Source: an uncultured Gammaproteobacteria bacterium (GTDB lineage Bacteria; Patescibacteriota; Microgenomatia; UBA10105; UBA927). From it: a stretch of DNA of 64,000 bases. A model generated the notes under the pieces. That model was given only the letters and a program-made list of their open reading frames with translations. It was not told the DNA's origin and searched no databases. Shown here piece by piece: positions 57,749-64,000 of this stretch. The stretch spans positions 513,319 to 577,318 of the forward strand of contig CAZVTT010000001.1 in the NCBI GenBank assembly GCA_964629685.1, written 5' to 3'. Position numbers and translations under genes: made by a program. The stretch's first letter is position 1. Every line of letters starts with the position of its first letter.

Positions 57749-58417
57749 ATGAAGTCAATCACACAGGCTACTGAAGACATTATTCATGAGTCACCGTTTT
57801 TAGAAGAAGTGATTCGTGAAGATATTGCGAATTTGTCGGGAATTGCCCGGAAAATTCACACTGAAGTGGAAAATCGTACCATGAAAGATGTTACGGTGGC
57901 TTCGGTAATTATGGCTTTAAAGCGTTTAACCGTCCGTGACGGAGTGCATAGTCATAGATTAATGAAGGCGTTTTCTGCTTCTCCTGAGTTGATTGTCCGG
58001 TCTAATCTATTTGAGATAACCGTGGAAAATTCGCCGACACTGATAGAAAAACAGCAAAAACTGCTTGGTAAAGCCAGTAAGGGGCATAGCAATTTTGCCA
58101 CTATTACGCACGGTGTATTTGAAACGACAATTATTGGTAATAGATCCGTGCGGGAGTACGTGTTGAACTTGTATGAAACTGAAAGAATTATCTCAAGAAT
58201 AGATAAGCTCTCGTCAATTACCATTAAATTCCCCAGTGATATTGTGGAACAGCCCGGCGTATATTACACCGTTTTAAAAACATTAGCCTGGGCAGGTCTT
58301 AGTATCGCGGAAGTGGTATCTACCTATTCGGAGTTAACAATTGTGTTGCCCGAGGAAGACGTTGAGCGTGCATTTACGTTAATTAAACAGCTATTTTCAG
58401 GAAAATCAGGTAAGTAG
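57749..58417 (+). CDS. Tandem ACT-like regulatory domain protein (hypothetical)
   Basis: 222 aa; C-terminal segment ...PGVYYTVLKTLAWAGLSIAEVVSTYSELTIVLPEEDVERAFTLIKQLF has a classic ACT beta-alpha-beta-beta-alpha-beta pattern; an N-terminal half repeats it. Confidence 0.35.
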   Translation: MKSITQATEDIIHESPFLEEVIREDIANLSGIARKIHTEVENRTMKDVTVASVIMALKRLTVRDGVHSHRLMKAFSASPELIVRSNLFEITVENSPTLIEKQQKLLGKASKGHSNFATITHGVFETTIIGNRSVREYVLNLYETERIISRIDKLSSITIKFPSDIVEQPGVYYTVLKTLAWAGLSIAEVVSTYSELTIVLPEEDVERAFTLIKQLFSGKSGK

Positions 58418-58570
58418 AAGTAGAAATTTCTTCTTGACATGAATAGTCCGACAAAGCAAAATAAACCCATCATGACACTGTTTTTTCCGTAACGGGAGAG
58501 TTTGAATACAGCGTGAACTCCCGCACGTATTCTTGTTTGCATCCTCACTGTACCAGATTCGTGGCTATAC

Positions 58571-60778
58571 TTGAACGCAATATCTGAAAATATGTCAGGA
58601 ATACCTGAACCAGAACCAAGACCGATACATGATGAAATTCCCGAAGTAAGTACTACGGATGAATCCGCTGCGCTTATAGCCGGGCACCAGGGTATGTCTG
58701 TTCCGGGACTTGAGGATACCGGACATCAGCTACTCGCACAGGAGGTAAATCAAATCAAACCAAATCTTCCTGAAGGATCTGCCTGCGGAATACGGTGTGG
58801 GGATTGTGATTTCTGCGGTGATAGTATGACCTTTAAAGGTAATGTTTTTGAAATTGATGATACTATCCCGGATGCGATGAGGGCATATATTATCGGGAAT
58901 GGTTTTGGGATGAAAGTAAGAACATGGAATCATGAGAAACTGGGAGAAGAAGCACAGTTTGATTTTCAGAAAGGAATAAAGCATTTTAAGGGAACATTAC
59001 GGAGTAATGGTGAAATCGATTTAACGGTAACAGATCTGACAGCGGAAACGGAATTGGTCAAGGTGCGAGAAACGATTGCAGCTGCAGAACCGATGCAAAC
59101 AGAACCTGTGATTGTAAAACAACCAGAAATTGAAACTCAGGTATTGCCGCAAGTTCCTACGCAACCGCGTGAACATCGTCATAGCCGGCAATATACGCAT
59201 ATACAGGTTAGTGCGGAAACGATTGAAGAAATGAGCCCGGTGATTACGTATACGGAATCAGTTGAACCGGTGTCTCCACTCGCTCAGAATGTTGTACATA
59301 CGTACACTGAAACCGCTGCCGTATCAGCACCAATTCCGGAAAATTCTGTGTCTGAGAAGCGGGTTTCGGAACACACCGGAATACAGATTGAATCGCCATC
59401 AATATCCGGGTCGGCACTTGTCGTCGGTGAACTTCCGGTTCCCGAGATAGGGAATCCATACGTTTTATCGGAGCGCAATATTCCGATTGTGGCAGAAGTA
59501 TCGGAAGAAACCGGGACGAATGCATTTCCTCTTGAAGCTCAAACAATTAGGGTACAAGATCGGATTTTTCCGGTAGGACAACAGACAGGTGAAGTTGGCG
59601 AATTTATAACCACTGTTCCTTCCGAATCATTTACGCAAATAGTACCGGAAACCGGGGAATCCGCAAATGATTGGGAATTGAGACCGATTACGGTTAAGCC
59701 TGAGCTACAGGGTATTGCAAAGGTTCAACCTGTCGATGCCATATCGAGCGAAGATAAAACGGAGCCGTTAGCTACCGTGCATCTTGTACCAGAAGTTACG
59801 ATTACGACAGTAACGAATATTCCGGATCATTCGGAAATTATTCGTACTCCTGGTACTAATGATCAACCATCGAAAGGAACAGATACCATCGAATTCTCTG
59901 AACAAGCTACAGTTATAACAGAACAGATAAGTACGGAAGGGAAAAGCCAAGTCGAAACTGAAACGTATCCCGAAGCAGAATCTACTGATAAAACGGTAGA
60001 TACGTCAGATCAATCAGATTCTCAGGTGCAATTAACCCAGGTGGTGGAAACACATTTGAAGGCTCGCGAAGCATTATGGCAATTTGTAGGGAGTATTGCT
60101 ACGGCGATCGAAACTTCCGCCACAGCTCAAATTTTCGTAGAACCCGCTGCAATATCTTTGGATTCAGAAACGCATGACATAGTCGGAGAAGACGATATCG
60201 TTGCCAATTTCAGCGAATCTGAACTAAATAGCGAAACGGTTGATCCGTTCATTTCTGTCGCGGAAACACCTTTGCATATGGAAGCATCTTCCGAATCTCA
60301 TGCCCGAGTGGAGGTTGTAGTTGCCCCTCAGGCAGATGCTGTAGTTGAACAGTTTTTAAACAAAGGAGGATTTTCTCCGGTAGTACAGGAGCAGTCCGAT
60401 AAAGCATTAAAAGTTGCCGTATTTGTCCGTTACGAACGAGGTAAAAGTTACCATATTATTGTAGACCGACGGGCGGAAGAGACACGACTGGTAGGTTCCG
60501 AAACTGCTTTTATACTTCTGAGAAAGTCTTTGCAGGATTCGCTTAAGGAAAAAGTAAACGTATGGAGTTCTGACAGGGCGGCGGATCAGATGGAAAAAGA
60601 AGATGATGCCTTCCTTATATGGGCAGGGGCAATGTCATTCTTTTCCTATATTGGTTGGTTAATGTATATATTATTTATGTCTGAATTTTTTTCAGATTCT
60701 GATACAGCAGCGTGTAGTTGTGGCGGTGCCTGTCAGAAACGTAGCACTCCCCATTCTACGGTTGTGGTAAATGCGTAA
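58571..60778 (+). CDS. Large acidic low-complexity protein with N-terminal Cys4 cluster and C-terminal tail-anchor TM plus Cys motif
   Basis: 735 aa; CGIRCGDCDFCGD near the N-terminus; long E/T/V/P-rich middle; C-terminal FLIWAGAMSFFSYIGWLMYILFM helix then CSCGGACQKR. Confidence 0.45.
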   Translation: MNAISENMSGIPEPEPRPIHDEIPEVSTTDESAALIAGHQGMSVPGLEDTGHQLLAQEVNQIKPNLPEGSACGIRCGDCDFCGDSMTFKGNVFEIDDTIPDAMRAYIIGNGFGMKVRTWNHEKLGEEAQFDFQKGIKHFKGTLRSNGEIDLTVTDLTAETELVKVRETIAAAEPMQTEPVIVKQPEIETQVLPQVPTQPREHRHSRQYTHIQVSAETIEEMSPVITYTESVEPVSPLAQNVVHTYTETAAVSAPIPENSVSEKRVSEHTGIQIESPSISGSALVVGELPVPEIGNPYVLSERNIPIVAEVSEETGTNAFPLEAQTIRVQDRIFPVGQQTGEVGEFITTVPSESFTQIVPETGESANDWELRPITVKPELQGIAKVQPVDAISSEDKTEPLATVHLVPEVTITTVTNIPDHSEIIRTPGTNDQPSKGTDTIEFSEQATVITEQISTEGKSQVETETYPEAESTDKTVDTSDQSDSQVQLTQVVETHLKAREALWQFVGSIATAIETSATAQIFVEPAAISLDSETHDIVGEDDIVANFSESELNSETVDPFISVAETPLHMEASSESHARVEVVVAPQADAVVEQFLNKGGFSPVVQEQSDKALKVAVFVRYERGKSYHIIVDRRAEETRLVGSETAFILLRKSLQDSLKEKVNVWSSDRAADQMEKEDDAFLIWAGAMSFFSYIGWLMYILFMSEFFSDSDTAACSCGGACQKRSTPHSTVVVNA

Positions 60779-60796
60779 AGATCCGACACAAATCGG

Positions 60797-61552
60797 TTGT
60801 CTATGAGACTTGTTTCTCTTGCTCCCGCAACTACGGAAATAATTAGTGAGTTAGGTTGTGCAGATCAACTCGTTGCCGTAAGCTCGTTTTGTGATTTTCC
60901 ACCCAGCGTAAAGCTGTTACCAAAAATGGGTGGATGGACCACTGCCAGTATTCCTAAATTATATGAACTAGAACCGGAACTAATATTTACGTCTTACTAT
61001 TTACCCCAGGGACTACGTCAGTGGACAGGTCCCGGGAAAGTAATACATGTATCACCGTTTACGCTTCAGGATGTATTGGCTTCCATTCTTCAGATAGGCA
61101 GTGCCATTCATGTTCGTGCCCGTGCAGAACGTCTTGTTCGTACACTACAGCGGAATTTGGAAACACTTCAGGCGGAATCCCGGATTCGGAAATGTACGGT
61201 CTATATGGAAGAATGGTCAAATCCTCCCATGGTTGCCGGAAACTGGGTTCCCGAAATGGTGGAAATTGCCGGGGGAATTCCCGTACTGAGCCATAAAGGT
61301 GAACCGAGTTACGAATACGCCTGGGAGCAACTTCAAACAATCAATCCTGATATTATTATTTGTCATTGGTGCGGCGCCGGAGTTCGTGAACCTGGGGAGT
61401 TTATACGTCAACGACCGCGATGGAATCAACTCAGTGCAGTAAAACAAAATAAGATAGGCACAATAGACGATTCGCTAATAAATAGGCCTGGTCCACGGTT
61501 AGTATCCGGAATTATTGAGATCAGGAAATTACTTGAAAAATGGGGATATTAA
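60797..61552 (+). CDS. Cluster A-II (BtuF/FhuD-like) ABC substrate-binding protein, orphan, no evident signal peptide
   Basis: 251 aa; LVSLAPATTEIISELG...VAVSSFCDFP pattern of cobalamin/siderophore SBPs; no adjacent permease or ATPase. Confidence 0.5.
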   Translation: MSMRLVSLAPATTEIISELGCADQLVAVSSFCDFPPSVKLLPKMGGWTTASIPKLYELEPELIFTSYYLPQGLRQWTGPGKVIHVSPFTLQDVLASILQIGSAIHVRARAERLVRTLQRNLETLQAESRIRKCTVYMEEWSNPPMVAGNWVPEMVEIAGGIPVLSHKGEPSYEYAWEQLQTINPDIIICHWCGAGVREPGEFIRQRPRWNQLSAVKQNKIGTIDDSLINRPGPRLVSGIIEIRKLLEKWGY

Positions 61553-61623
61553 TAGATGCGGTGGTCCGGAATTTTATCTTATCGTGATATGATATAAACG
61601 GATAAAGACAGATAGGTTTTATT

Positions 61624-61836
61624 ATGCGTCGGAAAGAAATTGATCGTATTGCTACAGGTCTATTACTTATTTCCGGTTTAATCTGGGCGATTTATGGTGT
61701 ATTTGATATAAATCTGGTCGGAACGGTTTTTTCCTATGCTCCGATGCTTGCTCAAATCGTATATATTTCGTTTGGTTTAGCCAGCGTGTATGGGGTGTGG
61801 CGGTGGCTACGTGATCATTACAGTCCAAAAGCATAA
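61624..61836 (+). CDS. DUF378 family small membrane protein
   Basis: 70 aa; LISGLIWAIYGVFDINLV resembles the DUF378 GGINWGLVGLFNFDLV core; 2 TM. Confidence 0.5.
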   Translation: MRRKEIDRIATGLLLISGLIWAIYGVFDINLVGTVFSYAPMLAQIVYISFGLASVYGVWRWLRDHYSPKA

Positions 61837-61845
61837 ACCGCGGTA

Positions 61846-62706
61846 GTGTTTCGCCTCCTGAGCGGCTATAATACCAACATGCGAAAACTTCTTTGTGTAT
61901 TTGCACATCCTGATGATGAATCTTTTACGTCCGCCGGTACTATTGCTAAGTACGTAAAAGCGGGTTGGCAGGTTGATCTGGTATGTGTTACCAGAGGCGA
62001 AGCAGGACAAACAGGTATCTATGGTGATATTTCTAAACGGGAATTGTCCGAAATCCGTACAAAAGAAATGGAAACTGCCATGGAAATTTTGGGAATTGCT
62101 TCAGTTACGTTTTTAGATTATCGCGATCATAAACTGTCTGCCCTCAATCCCGGTGAATTGGAAGACAAAATATACCAGAGTATGCATGAACTGAAGCCTG
62201 ATGTTGTCATTACATTTGAACCGAATGGTATTTCCAACCATCCGGATCACAGTAAAACTACTTTAGCGACGACGTACGTATTCCAGAAGTATGCGTATGA
62301 AGTGGCCCATCCTAAGGCTCCAGGTGCCCGTGATCCCGCCCGTTATGATCAATTATCGTTTGCGGAGTCTGAAGCAGTAACGTCAGAACCTAAGTTATAT
62401 TACGCCTGTATGCCTGAAAGCGTGGCGACGTATTTACGTCAAAAAAAGGTTATTCCCGGTTTAAGTTTCGGTAAACCTTGGGTTGGTGTAGAAGATAAAC
62501 GAATTACCACAGTAATCGATACCAAACGTTACGCATCGGTAAAATTAAAGGCTTTGCACGCCCATGTTTCTCAGGCTGCCGACGTAGATAAGTTTCTGTC
62601 AATTGAACCGCAACCACTTGTGCAGCAGGAATTCTATATACTGCGTATGCAGGGTGAGTCGGAAATATTTATGGGCAAAAATGATCAGGTGTCCAACCGA
62701 CTGTAG
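61846..62706 (+). CDS. PIG-L/LmbE family N-acetylglucosaminyl deacetylase
   Basis: VFAHPDDES zinc-binding motif and HPDH second motif. Confidence 0.75.
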   Translation: MFRLLSGYNTNMRKLLCVFAHPDDESFTSAGTIAKYVKAGWQVDLVCVTRGEAGQTGIYGDISKRELSEIRTKEMETAMEILGIASVTFLDYRDHKLSALNPGELEDKIYQSMHELKPDVVITFEPNGISNHPDHSKTTLATTYVFQKYAYEVAHPKAPGARDPARYDQLSFAESEAVTSEPKLYYACMPESVATYLRQKKVIPGLSFGKPWVGVEDKRITTVIDTKRYASVKLKALHAHVSQAADVDKFLSIEPQPLVQQEFYILRMQGESEIFMGKNDQVSNRL

Positions 62707-62721
62707 CTACTGTCTTGAAGA

Positions 62722-62747
62722 TTGATTGTAATATCTATTACAATCAA
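62722..62747. promoter_or_regulatory. 26-bp perfect palindrome (12-2-12) upstream of sufC, candidate operator
   Basis: TTGATTGTAATAtcTATTACAATCAA, 48 nt upstream of the sufC ATG. Confidence 0.35.
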
Positions 62748-62794
62748 CCAACGTAACCTCGATCGCATGCCACGAGTAGTAAAGGAGCATATGT

Positions 62795-63625
62795 ATGAAA
62801 CAGACTTCAAAAAGTTCGCTCGCGTTGGATATTAAGCACTTGGTTGTTTCCGTGGAAGGTAAAGAAATACTTAAAGGTATTTCCCTGCAGATTCCTCCCG
62901 GTGAAGTTCATGCTGTTATGGGTCCAAACGGGAGCGGTAAGTCTACCCTGGCGTATTCACTTATGGGACACCCTGCTTATCAGATTGAGACGGGAAAAAA
63001 ATCTGGAATATGGTTAAACGGTGTGAACCTGTTGGAATTGCCGCCCGAAGATCGGGCTAAACACGGTGTCTTTTTGGCGTTCCAGTCTCCTATTGCCATC
63101 CCAGGAGTAAACGTAGTGAATTTACTGCGGACGGCGTATCAGCAAATACATGCGGATACTTCCGCTGCTAAAAAAAGTGAAGTGCAGAATCCGCTTCTTG
63201 CCCGCCGTTGGCAGGCTGGAGGAATAACATTGGCGCAGTTTACATCCAGGTTAAAAGAGTTAGGATCATTGCTGCGAATCGATGAAACTTTTTTTACGCG
63301 GGGGATTCATGACGGATTTTCCGGTGGTGAAAAAAAGAAAATAGAAATGTTACAGGCGCTGGTGCTTCAACCGAAGTTTGCGATTTTTGACGAGATTGAT
63401 ACCGGTCTTGATGTGGATGCATTAAAAATTGTGGCGGAAGGAATGGAGCGATTAAAACAGGAAGGCACGGGAGTACTGGTTATTACGCATTATCAGCGTA
63501 TTCTTAAATACGTAAAACCGGATGTTATTCATGTATTGGTAAAGGGCAAAATGGTAGATACCGGTGATGCATCTCTGGCGCAACGGATTGAAGAACAAGG
63601 ATACAAAAAGTATTTAGAAGGATAA
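62795..63625 (+). CDS. sufC: Fe-S cluster assembly ATPase SufC
   Basis: GPNGSGKSTL Walker A, FSGGEKKK signature variant typical of SufC, Walker B ILDEID; SD aaaggag. Confidence 0.85.
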   Translation: MKQTSKSSLALDIKHLVVSVEGKEILKGISLQIPPGEVHAVMGPNGSGKSTLAYSLMGHPAYQIETGKKSGIWLNGVNLLELPPEDRAKHGVFLAFQSPIAIPGVNVVNLLRTAYQQIHADTSAAKKSEVQNPLLARRWQAGGITLAQFTSRLKELGSLLRIDETFFTRGIHDGFSGGEKKKIEMLQALVLQPKFAIFDEIDTGLDVDALKIVAEGMERLKQEGTGVLVITHYQRILKYVKPDVIHVLVKGKMVDTGDASLAQRIEEQGYKKYLEG

Positions 63626-63630
63626 GTTCT

Positions 63631-64000
63631 ATGAATCAACCGGATCCAATTGATAATACATACAAATACGGCTTCAGTAAGCCGGAACATTATGTTTATA
63701 AATCCGCCAAGGGATTGGATGCAGAAGTTGTAAAAAATATTAGCTGGCACAAAGGCGAACCCGAGTGGATGCAGAAATTCAGGCTACAAAGTTTAAAAAT
63801 TTTTGAGAAAAAACAACTTCCCCCCTGGGGTGCGGATTTATCGGGGATAAATTTTTCGGATATTTATTATTATATTAAACCGACAAGCAATAAAGTAAAT
63901 TCCTGGGATGATTTACCCCCGGAGATTAAAGATACGTATGACAAAATCGGAATTCCGGAAGCTGAGAAAAAGTATTTAGCTGGGGTTAGTGCGCAATACG
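63631..64000 (+). CDS. sufB: Fe-S cluster assembly protein SufB (5' partial, runs off the window)
   Basis: N-terminal YKYGFSKPEHYVYKSAKGLDAEVVKNIS...FEKKQLPPWGADL typical of SufB; follows sufC with a 5-nt gap. Confidence 0.7.
   Translation, partial: MNQPDPIDNTYKYGFSKPEHYVYKSAKGLDAEVVKNISWHKGEPEWMQKFRLQSLKIFEKKQLPPWGADLSGINFSDIYYYIKPTSNKVNSWDDLPPEIKDTYDKIGIPEAEKKYLAGVSAQY

Noticed and set aside
58470-58505. Inverted repeat CGGGAG...CTCCCG downstream of the ACT-protein gene
   Set aside because: It has a 6-bp stem with a 19-nt loop and no T-run. It is not a convincing terminator or riboregulator.
1-64000. Search for CRISPR arrays, tRNA or rRNA genes, integrases, transposases, phage genes or toxin-antitoxin pairs
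   Set aside because: No regularly spaced direct repeats, no cloverleaf-compatible intergenic segments and no recombinase or transposase motifs were seen. All intergenic gaps over 150 bp (2069-2291, 19421-19746, 35564-35711, 48757-48938, 58418-58570) were read individually and contain only promoter- or terminator-like sequence or the small genes reported.

Overview
This is a 64-kb chromosomal segment from a compact bacterial genome of moderate GC, probably an uncultivated lineage. I could not assign the taxon from sequence alone. I support about 70 protein-coding genes. I found no rRNA or tRNA, no CRISPR array, and no integrase, transposase or other mobile-element hallmark.

The strongest finding is a complete LysW (amino-group carrier protein) operon at 48939-57661 on the minus strand. 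It carries the three alpha-aminoadipate front-end enzymes (homocitrate synthase, LeuC/LeuD-type homoaconitase, homoisocitrate dehydrogenase), the LysW-dependent kinase, reductase and aminotransferase, the LysX ligase and a 57-aa lysW that is missing from the ORF track. The canonical LysK M20 deacylase is absent. In its place sits a Cys1 class II glutamine-amidotransferase (Ntn hydrolase) domain protein of the EgtC/YafJ type. Back-to-back promoters in the 87-bp spacer upstream of lysW predict leaderless transcripts for lysW and for a divergent double-ACT protein.

Other features worth a second look:
- Two paralogous GT-C-like polytopic membrane proteins flank an NOP2/Sun-family methyltransferase (43576-47522).
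- A translationally coupled envelope operon runs from an acyltransferase-3/deacetylase-like fusion through an Ig-like/C39-like peptidase protein to a GT39 glycosyltransferase (28340-34310).
- A DegT aminotransferase, a polyprenol-phosphate GT2 and a GT-C-like membrane protein cluster at 6288-9858.
- A Pat-like lysine acetyltransferase, an HDAC-family deacetylase and a CoA-binding protein form a trio at 35712-39835.
- A seven-gene minus-strand operon encodes an OmpR-type two-component system, a MacAB-like tripartite ABC exporter, a periplasmic protein and a Met-rich cupredoxin.
- A ZnuABC-type metal importer with a YibE/F protein, a COG0523 metallochaperone GTPase and SufCB are present.
- Two small genes with strong Shine-Dalgarno sites are missing from the ORF track (19519-19680 and 48583-48756).

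All functional calls rest on motif-level recognition and are unverified by any search.
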